Below are positions 10,042-20,807 of a stretch of DNA of 64,000 nucleotides, one piece after another. A program made the position numbers and the translations under genes. The notes beneath the pieces are model-generated. The model was not told the DNA's origin and did no database searches. It worked only from the letters and a program-made list of their open reading frames with translations. Source of the stretch: Candidatus Latescibacterota bacterium (lineage in GTDB: Bacteria; Latescibacterota; UBA2968; UBA8231); contig OZ242214.1 of assembly GCA_965206595.1 (NCBI GenBank), positions 2,528,001-2,592,000 of the forward strand, in the 5' to 3' direction. The number at the start of each line of letters is the position of its first letter. Position 1 is the first letter of the stretch.

Positions 10042-11115
10042 TCACCCCGAGTTCAGCAGCTCGTCCAGGCGCAGGGAGTCGGCGTAGGCGAACAGCGCCG
10101 GGAGGCCCCCGGTATGCAGAAAGACCACCGCCCCTCCGGCAACCTTCCCCTGGCGCACGTGATCGATCAGGCCGGACATCGCCTTGGCGGTGTACACCGG
10201 ATCGAGCAACACGCCCTCCAGCCGCCCCGCCATCAGCATGGCCTCGCGCGCCGCGTCGGTAAGCACCGCGTACCCGGGACCGATGTAGTCGGTCATGCTG
10301 ACGATTTCGGCCGGCTCGACCGCAGTCGAGATGCCGAGCAACTGCCCGCACTCGGTCGCCACCGAGGAGAGGCACTCCTCGAAGGTCCACCCCGAGGTCA
10401 CCGGCTCCGGCAGGGCCGGCAGGCCGACCACCCGGACCGGCGACTCGAGGTGCTTCAGGGCGAGGGCGATGCCCGCCTGCGTCGAGTCGGAGGAGCAGAG
10501 CCAGATTTCGTCGATGCTGACCCCGGCTTGGTCTGCCTGGTCGAACAGCTCGAGGGTGGCCGCGACATAGGAGACGGCGGACAGCCCGATTCCGGACTCG
10601 TCCCCGACGCGGGCGACGAACACCTTGCGCCCGGCCGCGGTCAGCTCCTTCCCCTTTGCCCGGACGCGGACCCCGAGGTTCTCCCAACTCCCTTCGTCCT
10701 CGGCGAGGTCCACATGCGCCCCCACCAGCAGGTCGAGCAGCAGGCTTCCCTGCACCTCCCGGTCGCGTTCGCCCCGGACCTTGCGCAGCACGAGGTGGCA
10801 CTCGAGCCCGAGCCTGGCGCAGGCCGCGGCGAGCTGGCGGCAGTAGTTCGACTGCACCGCGGCCCCTCCCACGACGGTGTCGGCCCCCTCCTCGAGGGCT
10901 TTCCCGAGAACGAACTCGAGCATCCGCGTCTTGTTGCCGCCGGTGGCCAGGCCGGTGAGGTCGTCCCGCTTGATCCATATCTGCGGGCCGCCGAGGGCCT
11001 CGGACAGCCTCGGGCAGTGCTCGAAGGGGGTCGGCAGGGTCGCGAGCCCGACCCGGGGCAGGCGGTCGAGGGCGAACTGCAGCTCGGCCCGCCTGCTGGC
11101 ATTCTGTTCGTTCAT
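10042..11115 (-). CDS. D-cysteine desulfhydrase/ACC deaminase family PLP enzyme
   Basis: IWIKRDDLTG..GGNKTR, QSNY, LLDPVYTAK, FLHTGG. Confidence 0.9.
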   Translation of the reverse strand: MNEQNASRRAELQFALDRLPRVGLATLPTPFEHCPRLSEALGGPQIWIKRDDLTGLATGGNKTRMLEFVLGKALEEGADTVVGGAAVQSNYCRQLAAACARLGLECHLVLRKVRGERDREVQGSLLLDLLVGAHVDLAEDEGSWENLGVRVRAKGKELTAAGRKVFVARVGDESGIGLSAVSYVAATLELFDQADQAGVSIDEIWLCSSDSTQAGIALALKHLESPVRVVGLPALPEPVTSGWTFEECLSSVATECGQLLGISTAVEPAEIVSMTDYIGPGYAVLTDAAREAMLMAGRLEGVLLDPVYTAKAMSGLIDHVRQGKVAGGAVVFLHTGGLPALFAYADSLRLDELLNSG

Positions 11116-11308
11116 GGGATAGTCTCCTGTCTTCGCAATTGGAGTGACGAAGTTCGGCCCCACCGGCTCTCCCGCGCCAGCATCTGAGGCTCGGCGGGCC
11201 GGGGCCCCCGGAAGGGCAAGTGCCCGCCGGGGAATCGGCCGGACTCCCGCGGTGGCGCTCCTGCTGCCGGCAACCCTTCAACACTCATCCATCTCCCCGA
11301 GGCCGATC

Positions 11309-13426
11309 ATGTCCGATCCTCGATTCTGCCTACATCCCGAAACCCCCTTCCCCGTCGGCGTCGAGTACTACCGGGCCCCCATCCCGAAACAGGAGGTCTG
11401 GGACGCCGACTTTGCCGCCATCCGGGCGGCGGGAATGCGCGTCGTGCGCAGCTTCAGCTTCTGGAACCACATGGAACCTGCCCCCGGCCGCTACGAGCTG
11501 GAGGACTTCGACCTGATGTTCGACCTGGCGGAGAAGCACGGCCTCCACGTCTGGCTCGACGTCACCCTGGCGACGCACGGCTCCTGTCCGGAATGGCTGC
11601 TGCGCGAGCACCCGGACATCCGCGCCGTGGACCGCAAGGGCAATCCCCTGATGGTCTCGGGGAGCGCCGCGGCCCCGCAGGGGGCCATCCTGCATTGTTA
11701 CGACCACCCGGTGTGGGAACAGCGCGGCGGCGACCTGCTGCGGCACGTGGTGCACCGTTACAAGGACCGGGGCAACCTTCTCGTCTGGGGCCTGTGGGAC
11801 GGGGTGGCGCCGGGGCGGGCGAGCATCGAACCCTACCCGTGCTACTGCGAGCATTCGCTGGCCGCGTACAAGCGCTGGCTGCGGGCGCGCTACTCCCTCG
11901 ACGAGCTCAACGGGGCTCTTCTGCGGCGCTACCGCACCTGGGAGGACGTCGCCCCGCCGCGCGACAACCACAACGTCGTCGAGATGCTGATGTTCCGGCG
12001 CTTCACCCGCGACAACCTCGTCGAAAAGCTGAGGTGGATGGTCGCCGAGACGCGCGCCATCGACCCCGGCCACGAGGTGCGCGCCCACGGCGTCGTCATC
12101 CCGCAGCCTTGGCACGAGGCCTGCGCCAGCGAGGTCGACAGCTGGGGCATGTCGATGTCGTCGAACAACATGCTGACCTCCTCGGACCCCTACCAGGTCG
12201 CCAACCGCGCCTTCGGCTTCGACGCCGCCCGCGCCCTGGCCCCGAACGGACGCTGGTGGAACGAGGAGATCTACGCGGGCATGGCCAAGGGCGGGGTCAC
12301 CTGGAAGAAGCAGTCTGCGCCGCAGGAGCTGACCGCTCTTCTTTGGCTGACCCTGGCAGGCGGCGCCTCAGGCTGCATGTTCTGGCAGTACCGGCCGGAG
12401 TATCTCAGCTTCGAGTCCCCCGGGTACAACCTCGCCGCCCTCGACGGCAAGCCGACGCCGCGGCTGCAAGCGGTCAGCAGGGCGATCGCGCGCATCGAGG
12501 GGATGAAGGAGCACCTGCCGGTCGACTGCGGCCGCGCCCGGATCGGGATCCTCTACCACGCCCCCTCCCAGGAGCTGTTCGGCCTCAACAACGAGGGGCA
12601 GCGCTACGGCTCCGACCTCACCGGAGTGTGGACGGCGTTGTGGCGGCACGGAATCGCCGCCGACCTCCTCACCCCCGCCATGGACTGGTCGGGATACGAC
12701 CTGCTGTTCCTGCCCAACCTCGCGCTCATGGACGGGGAGGCGCGCCAGCGCCTGGAGCGCACCCTCGCGGAAAGCCCGGGGACCCGCTTCGTCGCCGAGG
12801 GCAGCTTCGGCCTGTACTCCGAGGACGGACAGTCGAGCTACGATCCCCCGGAAGGGTTCGGGGAGCGTTTGGGCGTGCGCGTCGCCGACTTCTCGCAGGT
12901 GACCGGGCTCGACATCGAGGAGGGGCGTAATCTCCTGCGCACCCCCCTGGGAAACGAGCCCATCACCACCTCCTGCGGGTACGCCGTTCTCGAGCCGGCA
13001 GGGGGGTGCGAAAGCTGGGCGACCCTCGACGGCCAGACCGTGGGGGTGCGGTCCGCGGACGGCCGCTTCACCTGGCTCGGTCTCACCCTTTCGGCCGGCT
13101 TCGCGGACAAAGCGCCGCCGGAGCTGGTGCTGGGGCTGGCCGCGGAGGCCGGGGTGCGCCCCCCGGTGCGGGTCGAGGGGACCGAGGTGGTGCCGGTGGT
13201 GCGGCCCTCGCGGCAGGGGGGCTGGCTGCTCTTCCTCCTCAACATGCGGCGGTCCGCGGCGTCTGCGCAGGTCCGGACCGAATGGAAGCTGCAGAAGGTG
13301 GAAGACCTGTTCACCCGCAGCCTGCTGCCGCTTTCAGATGACGGGGACGGCTTCGAGATCGGCATCGACGGCTGGGAGGTGGCGGTCCTCCACTGCCGGG
13401 AGGTGGGAACCTCGCAAGGCAAGTGA
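11309..13426 (+). CDS. GH42-like beta-galactosidase
   Basis: GVEYY, WNHMEPAPGRY, PEWL, CYCEHS, FWQYR, and a C-terminal trimerisation-like domain. Confidence 0.75.
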   Translation: MSDPRFCLHPETPFPVGVEYYRAPIPKQEVWDADFAAIRAAGMRVVRSFSFWNHMEPAPGRYELEDFDLMFDLAEKHGLHVWLDVTLATHGSCPEWLLREHPDIRAVDRKGNPLMVSGSAAAPQGAILHCYDHPVWEQRGGDLLRHVVHRYKDRGNLLVWGLWDGVAPGRASIEPYPCYCEHSLAAYKRWLRARYSLDELNGALLRRYRTWEDVAPPRDNHNVVEMLMFRRFTRDNLVEKLRWMVAETRAIDPGHEVRAHGVVIPQPWHEACASEVDSWGMSMSSNNMLTSSDPYQVANRAFGFDAARALAPNGRWWNEEIYAGMAKGGVTWKKQSAPQELTALLWLTLAGGASGCMFWQYRPEYLSFESPGYNLAALDGKPTPRLQAVSRAIARIEGMKEHLPVDCGRARIGILYHAPSQELFGLNNEGQRYGSDLTGVWTALWRHGIAADLLTPAMDWSGYDLLFLPNLALMDGEARQRLERTLAESPGTRFVAEGSFGLYSEDGQSSYDPPEGFGERLGVRVADFSQVTGLDIEEGRNLLRTPLGNEPITTSCGYAVLEPAGGCESWATLDGQTVGVRSADGRFTWLGLTLSAGFADKAPPELVLGLAAEAGVRPPVRVEGTEVVPVVRPSRQGGWLLFLLNMRRSAASAQVRTEWKLQKVEDLFTRSLLPLSDDGDGFEIGIDGWEVAVLHCREVGTSQGK

Positions 13427-13699
13427 GCCGATGGTCAGGGAGGGGCCCTTTCAAGAACGCGACCGGAATTGCAGTGGGATCTGGCGAACCCGGCAATGCG
13501 GCGGTGGAATGGCTGGAACTCCCGAGGCCGGTTTGGAGGATTCTGCTTGCGAAGGCACAGGAGAAAGGCGGGGCAGCTGGCAATTCGATGACGGATTCCA
13601 ATGCCCCGGCCGGGGAAAGCCCGGGACCCATGCCGGCCTCCGGGCGTCCTTATTTTCAGGTTAATCGCGCACCCTAAACCGAACCGCAGGAGCCGATCC

Positions 13700-14764
13700 A
13701 TGAAAACCGCCATCGTCCTGACCCTCTCCCTGCTGCTGACCGCCGGCCTTGGATCCGCCCGTGCCGAACAGGAGCAGGCGACCTTCGCCGGCGGCTGCTT
13801 CTGGTGCATCGAGGCCCCGTTCGACAAGTACCCCGGCGTCATCTCGGCCATCTCCGGGTACACCGGCGGCACCGAGGAGGACCCGACCTACAAGCAGGTC
13901 AGCTCGGGCCGCACCTCCCACATCGAATCGGTGCTGATCACCTACGACCCGGAGAAGGTGGGCTACGAAGAGCTGATCAATCACTTCTGGCGCCAGTTCG
14001 ACCCGACCGACGCGGGGGGATCCTTCTACGACCGCGGCCACCACTACACCTCCGCGGTCTTCTATCACGACGAGGAGCAGAAGCGGATCGCCGAGGCGAC
14101 GCGGGCGGCGCTCGATTCCTCGGGGCGCTTCGACAAGCCGGTGGTCACCCCGGCCCTGCCGGCAACCACCTTCTATCCGGCCGAGGAGTACCACCAGGAC
14201 TACTACCGGAAGAGCCCCGGCCACTACAAGAGGTACCGCACCGGCTCGGGCCGCGACCGCTTCATCTCCAGGATCTGGGGGGACGATCCGCGCGCGGCGG
14301 CGATGCCGGGGAAGGCGCCGGACAGCCGTTTCTCCAAGCCTTCCGACGCCGTCCTGCGAAAGAAGCTGACCCCCCTGCAGTTCGAAGTCACCCAGCAGGA
14401 CGGAACCGAGCCCCCCTTCCGCAACGAGTTCTGGGACAACAAGCGGGCAGGGATCTACGTCGACGTCGTATCCGGTGAGCCGCTGTTCAGCTCGACCCAC
14501 AAGTACCGCTCCGGCACCGGCTGGCCGAGCTTCTGGCAGCCCCTCGTGTCGGAGAACGTCCTCGAGAAGTCCGACAACAAGCTGTTCATGACCCGCACCG
14601 AGGTGCGCAGCAAACACGGCGACGCCCACCTCGGGCACCTGTTCGACGACGGCCCCGACCCGACCGGCCTGCGCTACTGCATCAACTCCGCCTCCCTGCG
14701 GTTCGTCGAGAAGGACCGGCTCGAAACGGAGGGCCTGGGGGAGTTCGCCCAACTGTTCGAGTAG
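13700..14764 (+). CDS. msrAB: Exported bifunctional methionine sulfoxide reductase MsrA/MsrB
   Basis: Signal peptide; [16 protein letters not shown]; [23 protein letters not shown]. Confidence 0.95.
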   Translation: MKTAIVLTLSLLLTAGLGSARAEQEQATFAGGCFWCIEAPFDKYPGVISAISGYTGGTEEDPTYKQVSSGRTSHIESVLITYDPEKVGYEELINHFWRQFDPTDAGGSFYDRGHHYTSAVFYHDEEQKRIAEATRAALDSSGRFDKPVVTPALPATTFYPAEEYHQDYYRKSPGHYKRYRTGSGRDRFISRIWGDDPRAAAMPGKAPDSRFSKPSDAVLRKKLTPLQFEVTQQDGTEPPFRNEFWDNKRAGIYVDVVSGEPLFSSTHKYRSGTGWPSFWQPLVSENVLEKSDNKLFMTRTEVRSKHGDAHLGHLFDDGPDPTGLRYCINSASLRFVEKDRLETEGLGEFAQLFE

Positions 14765-14971
14765 CCGGGACTCGCGGTTCCACCCGACATCAGGCGCCGA
14801 GCCACAGGCAAGGCGCCTTTTCTTTTTCGGGCGCAGGGCTGTATTTCCTGCGGGCAATTCCGCGCGCTTCCGGGCCGCAGCCCGTGGCTGGGAAAACCCG
14901 GGCTTCCGCCAGGTTTCCGGCGGCCCCGGGGTCGCCTTTCCCAATCCACTTCTCCGGCAGGACATCCACAG

Positions 14972-16216
14972 ATGAAGGTTACCGAGATCGAAGTTCACGA
15001 GGTTACGCACCAGTACCACGACTGGATCGCCTACCAGCTCCTGCACTACGACGGTCCGCGGCGGAGCACCGTCTACGTCGCCCACACCGACACCGGGCTC
15101 ACCGGTCTCGGCGAGAAGGTGGGCGCCCCCGAACCGCCGGAGGTGCTCGACCAGTACATCGGCAGCAACCCCTTCGACTGGATCGGGGACGAGACCTCGA
15201 TCGCCCTCGGGACGGCGATGTACGACCTCATGGGACAGACCGCGGGCGTGCCGGTGTACAAGCTGTTCGGCCAGAAGTACCGCTCCTGGGTGCCGGTGTC
15301 GAGCTGGACGGTGTCGACCTCGCCGGAGCGCATGGCCGAGGCCGTCAGGCGCTACGCCGCCCGCGGGTTCACCTGGATGAAGTTCCACCTCTCACCGTTC
15401 GAGAACGTCTTCGAGCAGACGGAGGCGATGCAGGAGGTTGCCCCGAGGGGATTCCGCATCCACTACGACTTCACCGGCGGCGGCACCACCGACCACATGC
15501 CGGACCTGCTCGCGCGGCTATCCGCCTACCGTATCGCCGGATGCTTCGAGGACAGCATCGACGAGAGGGACGTCGAGGCCTCGATCGAGCTGCGCAAGCG
15601 GGTGCGCCTGCCGCTCGTCAGGCACCGGGCCGCCTTCGACGCGACCTACGAGGTAATGCAGGGCGCCTCGGACATCTACATGCTGGGGCACTGCAGGATC
15701 GGCAAGGCGGTGGAGGCCGCCGGCCTGTTCGCCGCCGGCGACATCCCCTTCATGATCCAGTGGGTCGGCAACGGCATCACCCGCGCCATGGTGACCCACA
15801 TGATGGCCGCCTTCCCGTCGGCGACCTTCCACGCCATCAACGCCGGGGAAACCTGCGGCAGCGACGTCATCGAGGAACGCTTCGAGCCGGTCAACGGCTT
15901 CGTACGCGTGCCTGAGAAACCAGGACTGGGGGTCACCCTCGACCGGGACCAGCTCGCCCGCCTGTCGGCTCCGGAGCCGTCCGCCTGCGATCCCTGGATC
16001 ATCCGCTCCCGCTTCGCCAACGGCGCGCGGATGTACCACAAGTACGACGCCCGGACCACCCGCCACTTCCTGGTTCGCCCCGACTGGGGCCGGGGCAAGG
16101 TGCCGATGAGCTACGACTCCCCGATCGCCACCGACTACTGGGACGACGACGGCTCGCCCGAGTGGCGGCAGATGATGCAGCGAATCGAAACGGAAGGGAT
16201 GGTGCTGGAGCGGTAG
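14972..16216 (+). CDS. Enolase-superfamily enzyme with C-terminal extension
   Basis: AMYDLMG..AGVPVYKLFG, PGLGVTLD. Confidence 0.8.
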   Translation: MKVTEIEVHEVTHQYHDWIAYQLLHYDGPRRSTVYVAHTDTGLTGLGEKVGAPEPPEVLDQYIGSNPFDWIGDETSIALGTAMYDLMGQTAGVPVYKLFGQKYRSWVPVSSWTVSTSPERMAEAVRRYAARGFTWMKFHLSPFENVFEQTEAMQEVAPRGFRIHYDFTGGGTTDHMPDLLARLSAYRIAGCFEDSIDERDVEASIELRKRVRLPLVRHRAAFDATYEVMQGASDIYMLGHCRIGKAVEAAGLFAAGDIPFMIQWVGNGITRAMVTHMMAAFPSATFHAINAGETCGSDVIEERFEPVNGFVRVPEKPGLGVTLDRDQLARLSAPEPSACDPWIIRSRFANGARMYHKYDARTTRHFLVRPDWGRGKVPMSYDSPIATDYWDDDGSPEWRQMMQRIETEGMVLER

Positions 16217-16225
16217 GAGCGGCGC

Positions 16226-16438
16226 TCATGCCGTCAAGCCCGCTTCTTTACGCAGCGGCTTGGTAAAAGTTTCCAAAACTACCAAGTCACTACTGGCGAT
16301 GGTGAACTGCCCGGCCTGGGCCTGCCGCCACATGGGTTCGAGCAACGTGCGGTAGGGTTCGATGCGCTCCACGCTGTAGATGAACCCGTTGGCATCGAGG
16401 TAGATCGGTCCGCTGGACGGAAGATTCAGCGGACCCAC
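16226..16438 (-). pseudogene. Truncated PIN-domain (VapC-like) toxin
   Basis: IYLDANGFIYSVE...SDLVVLETFTKP; only 70 aa, about half a PIN domain. Confidence 0.65.
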
Positions 16439-16659
16439 GATGCGCGTTCACCATTCAGGTAGGACTTCACGTCCTCTGCGGTTTTGAAAAGGCGCTGCCC
16501 AGGGGCTTCGTCCAGAATGTCAACAGCGGACCGTCGCAGTGACCCGGTGGAATGGCGCACGACCACATCGACGGATTTCCCCACCGGAAGTTTCAGGTCC
16601 ACGATTTCGATCTTGCCTCCAGGCAGTACCGTCGTCTTCAGATGCAGCACTTCTTGCAT
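16426..16659 (-). CDS. Putative antitoxin upstream of PIN gene
   Basis: 77 aa (TTVLPGGKIEI...VDVVV...YLNGERASW), GAAGGAG RBS, overlaps the PIN start. Confidence 0.65.
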   Translation of the reverse strand: MQEVLHLKTTVLPGGKIEIVDLKLPVGKSVDVVVRHSTGSLRRSAVDILDEAPGQRLFKTAEDVKSYLNGERASWVR

Positions 16660-16882
16660 GATTCGCGACTCCTTCATGAACTGGGCGGCCCAGGCGAGAT
16701 GGCTCGTCCCATCGGACAGGGCGTCTTGCGCGCGAAACAAAACCGCTCGGGATCGAAGACGCGCAGGCGCCCGGCGCCAAGCCCGGTCGGGCATGTAGCA
16801 TTAAAACCGGAAACCCGATGTTCTGACCTGTTGGTGACGGCTGTCAAGTCAGCTCAGGCCAAGGCTCATGAGACATCCCACC

Positions 16883-18173
16883 TTACTTTGCCAATGAGGC
16901 GCAGGACTGCCGAATCCGGTCCTGGTTCTCAATCTGATGAACCACCACCTGGGGTGAGACATTGAAGGACCCGGCGATCTCCTCGTAGTCGTCGCGACCA
17001 CTGTCTACCATTTCGAGGACGCTCTCGACCGGCGCCAGGAGTTCCGCCGCAAAAGCTCGACCTGCGGCTTGACGTTCCGCATCGTGCAGATCGTTCACCA
17101 CGGATCGGCGAGTATCCGGGAAGCACACCGCATCCCCGATCGCCCGCGCGAAAACGAAGTTCTGTGCTTGCGGTGCCCACCCGGCGGATCCACGATGACG
17201 CAGATGGACGTGAACGTCTTCTTCGTCGCGAGCCACGAGAGCCAGAACCCCTGGAATGTCCGGGGTGGGCGTGAAGTCGTCGGCCCCAAGCTTCTTTGCG
17301 ATGACCTCGGTGGAAGTGAATCGCTCTCCCGGCTCCCTGACAATTGCCGCTCGAAGCTCCCGTGCGGCACGGTAACCGATGGCCCAACTGCGCTCGCCGT
17401 CCTTCGATTTTGTCGAGTCCCCGATCTGCCTGGCAATATCAGGCAGATCCGGCAAACGCGATTCTTCACCCCACCGGTCTCCCGACAGACCAACCCAGGC
17501 AAGAAACTGCAAGGCATCGGCACGGGGCCGTGCCCTGAACCCTGCCAGGAACTCGATCAGGGGTTCTCCGGAAAACAGGTTTCCGGCGTCTTCGATGAAT
17601 TGCGCATCGGCATCTGAGATCAGGTAGGGATCGACTCCCAAGGCGCCGGCAGCTTCACAAAAGGCACGCTCATCCGGGTCCTTCCGCGAGGCGGAAACAT
17701 GTGACCAGCAAACGGCTGCCTCGGAGTCGGTAACTCCGCTGCATGACAGTTTGTCGACGACACGCTCAATGAAGTTCGACAGCGAGGACTCGGCGGAGTC
17801 GCGGGAGAGGGATTCGGTTCCTGCCTGCCAGAAGCGCAGATTCGGATTCTCAGAGGAGAGTTGCGCTCCGGCGACTTCGAACGTGGACCCATCGAACTTG
17901 AAGCTCAGATTGGGGAGGGCGAAGCCGGTCCGATAGTGCAGGATCGGATGCTCGCGATCCCGCCCTCCAAAAATCGACCACCAATCGGTGGCCAGGCCCC
18001 TCGGCGAGATGGACCGCGGGAACGGTAACATGTTCGAAGGTTTTCCTGGAACCGGGATCGAAATGGAGGCAGGCATTCTCTTCATTTACGAAGATCTGAA
18101 GTTCGCATAGCGTCGCCCGCTCTTCCCCCGAGGCGTTCGGCCCTTCGCCGATCCATTCAGTCGAAAACCGCAC
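16883..18173 (-). CDS. ImmA/IrrE-like domain protein with degenerate zinc motif; apparent frameshift at 17997-18000
   Basis: GTG 18173 frame (VRFSTEW...VPAVHLAEG) joins the 16883 frame (LATDWW...) if one G is removed from G4, giving 429 aa. C-terminus QNFVFARAIGD...RAFAAELLAP...FNVS. Homologous to 56171-57451. Confidence 0.7.
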
Positions 18174-18573
18174 GTCGCTCGTCCTCGCTGATCGGCCACC
18201 CTTTGTAATGACCGGCTTCTGGATTGAAGCACAGGCCAAACCAGTTCAGACCCGCTTCATCCCTGTAACAGACTTTCTTCGGGAAATCCTGGTCGGATTC
18301 CACGAATCGATACTGGCCGGCGCGAATCGCCCTCCGCACCCATTCGGTTGCCTGGTCCCGATCCTGTTGGGATGTCAGGGGGCAAACCGTGGTTGTCTGC
18401 TTACCCGAACGGCCGATCCTTCCACCTGGAAGCTGCCGTGCCATGGGCAATCCACCCCACCAGCGTTGGATTTTGTGTTCGGAGCTTCCCTCGTATCGAG
18501 CACGATCCGCCAGAACTTGACGTTGGGCGGCAGAGAGTACCCGAATTTTTCGCTTGCGCTTCGGACGTTTCAA
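18157..18573 (-). CDS. Small basic hypothetical protein, putative toxin
   Basis: YEGSSEHK...TVCP...RRAIRAG...YKGWP; overlaps the downstream gene; homologous to 55662-56174. Confidence 0.65.
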   Translation of the reverse strand: MKRPKRKRKIRVLSAAQRQVLADRARYEGSSEHKIQRWWGGLPMARQLPGGRIGRSGKQTTTVCPLTSQQDRDQATEWVRRAIRAGQYRFVESDQDFPKKVCYRDEAGLNWFGLCFNPEAGHYKGWPISEDERRAVFD

Positions 18574-18678
18574 ACAGTCCTCCGACCCTGGTCCCAGAAC
18601 CCCGGCCCTGATTCCACTGCCAGACCCCCCTTTACGTCCTTCTACCCGGGACGGTGTCTATCTACAAAAATTAAGGAC

Positions 18679-19059
18679 CTACTCGGTTCCCCCGCCTTCC
18701 GGTACGTGCGCCGAGACCAGGCCGATCCGGTTGCCTTCGGGGTCGCTGAAAAGGGCGAACGTCACCATCCCCGGGATCGTCGTCACCGGCACGACCTCCT
18801 CGCCGCCCAGCTCCACGGCCTTGGAGAGAGCAGCGTCGATATCCTCCACCTGCACGTAGAAGGTCGCGTGCGGGGTGCCGGTCGGGCTCGCGCCCACACC
18901 GCCGCCGATGCCCAGTTCACCTTCAGCCGCTTCGATTATTCCGTAGGGCATCTCCGGAGCGACGTTCCTGATCTCCCACTCGAAAAGGTTCCGGTAGTAG
19001 GCCTGCAAGGCCTCGTGGTCCTTGCCGACGATCTCGAAATGCACGACAGGGTTCTTCAT
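18679..19059 (-). CDS. VOC/glyoxalase family protein
   Basis: VVHFEI...FYVQVEDID...FSDPEGNRIGL. Confidence 0.9.
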   Translation of the reverse strand: MKNPVVHFEIVGKDHEALQAYYRNLFEWEIRNVAPEMPYGIIEAAEGELGIGGGVGASPTGTPHATFYVQVEDIDAALSKAVELGGEEVVPVTTIPGMVTFALFSDPEGNRIGLVSAHVPEGGGTE

Positions 19060-19214
19060 CTCCCGTTCTCTCCTTTGCTGTAGTTGGTGTCTGCCGGGGA
19101 CTCGACCAGGGCGGCCTAAAAACCAGGGAACGTCCGCAGAAACCTCGACGGCTTCCCAGGACTTCGATCCTCGCTTAGATCGAACGCAGCCGTGCCCCAG
19201 CTCGCAACCGCGGG

Positions 19215-20678
19215 TCACAGATCCGCGGTGCGCCAATCATTCAGCCCGGCGACGATGCATTCTTCAAGCCACACGCGGAATCGATCCTCTACGGATGTCG
19301 CATCTTCCCGGTAGTTGATCTGAAACACAGTGCGGGCCAATGCATTGGCCGGACTGGTTTCCCGGTCGTTTCTATCGGTCTGCACCCGCTGAAAAAAAAC
19401 CGCACAACAGGCAAGAACACCCCGAAACTCGTGACCTATGCCGTGAAATGCGACCAGGATCTGGCTCTGATTCTCATTCTGGATCACCAGGCGCGCCCAT
19501 GAGCGATACGTCTCGAGGTTGGCGAAGTACTCGAGCGTCTTCGCTCCTGCCACGACCTGTTGGCGGAAATAATGACTGCGCTCGTCGTGATCCCTCGCCC
19601 CATCAACAAAAACGGTAACGCGACCGAGCAGCGGCTTGACCTCTTTTTCGAAGGTCGCCCTAACCTCATTCAGTCGTCCCTCCGCGATTAGCCGGAGCTC
19701 TTCGGCCCGATCCTTGACGGTGTTCCATTCCTCAAGCAGCGCGTCGCGCCGATGCTCCAATTCCTTGCGTGTCGAAAGGATCAAGTCCTCTGCACGAACG
19801 GACTGTCCGACATCGCGAGACAGCCCTAGCGCCCGTACGAATTCCCGGCGCTGGATTTCGGAGAAGAAATCGACCAGCAGCGTCAAATCTCCCAAGTCAG
19901 CCGCTTCAAGCGCGTCAAGGTAGGTGCTCTTGCTGGCGCTTCGGACCACCAGCGGGAAACGCCCCGCCTTGACAAGAACAAGAGTCGCCAACGCTCGAGC
20001 TACCCGTCCGTTACCATCCTGAAAAGGATGTATCTGCGTGAAGCGATGATGGAGCCACGCCGCTTCGACTTCCGGAGCCACGCCCTCGTGATTCCGATGC
20101 AGCTCGATCAAGTGGTCCATTTCCGACGCAACCTGCTCAGGAGGACAGTATTCGTGAACCTCCCCTGAACGCCCAGTCGGATTGTTGGGTATTCGCTTGT
20201 AATCACCTCTCAAAAGGGGGATCTGTACCCGCTTTCCGAACTGATCCCTTCCTTCCGCGGTTTCCTGACTCTGCGTCAACAGGGCATGGAGTTCCTTGAT
20301 GTAGCTCGTCGACAATGGTCGTTCGTCTTTGACGAAGTCAAACACATACTCTATCGCCGCCTCATGATCGCGGATCATGGAGGCAGCAGTTTCCGGGGTC
20401 ACACCCGACCCGTGGGGAATCAGTGCCGCGTCTATGCCGTGTTCGATCAGAATCTCCGTAACCCCTCTGTCGAAGTCATACACCCGTTCGATCAGGCCGG
20501 TCTCAATCGCCCACTCCCTATGCAATTTCGTATTGAATTCCGGCAGCGCATCCGAATCTTCGAGCCGTGCACGCTCCTCCTTCCAGACGTTTGCCAACGC
20601 TGCGAGTTCGCCCTGCTTCAGGGTCGTCGGATCAACTTCATAGTCACGGATGGGATGCCACCGGTGTCCGTTGTTCAT
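19215..20678 (-). CDS. Fic family protein
   Basis: Canonical HPFQDGNGRVAR motif; N-terminal AIETGLIE. Confidence 0.9.
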   Translation of the reverse strand: MNNGHRWHPIRDYEVDPTTLKQGELAALANVWKEERARLEDSDALPEFNTKLHREWAIETGLIERVYDFDRGVTEILIEHGIDAALIPHGSGVTPETAASMIRDHEAAIEYVFDFVKDERPLSTSYIKELHALLTQSQETAEGRDQFGKRVQIPLLRGDYKRIPNNPTGRSGEVHEYCPPEQVASEMDHLIELHRNHEGVAPEVEAAWLHHRFTQIHPFQDGNGRVARALATLVLVKAGRFPLVVRSASKSTYLDALEAADLGDLTLLVDFFSEIQRREFVRALGLSRDVGQSVRAEDLILSTRKELEHRRDALLEEWNTVKDRAEELRLIAEGRLNEVRATFEKEVKPLLGRVTVFVDGARDHDERSHYFRQQVVAGAKTLEYFANLETYRSWARLVIQNENQSQILVAFHGIGHEFRGVLACCAVFFQRVQTDRNDRETSPANALARTVFQINYREDATSVEDRFRVWLEECIVAGLNDWRTADL

Positions 20679-20807
20679 CGATTCTATCTCCTGAACCCGG
20701 TTGCCGTTTGCCATGCGGCTTCCGGCGCTTCGATTGCTGCAAGAGTCCTTTTTAACCATTTCCGAATTTATGGCAGATCGGCCATCAGAGGGTGTCGCTC
20801 TTCTCCA

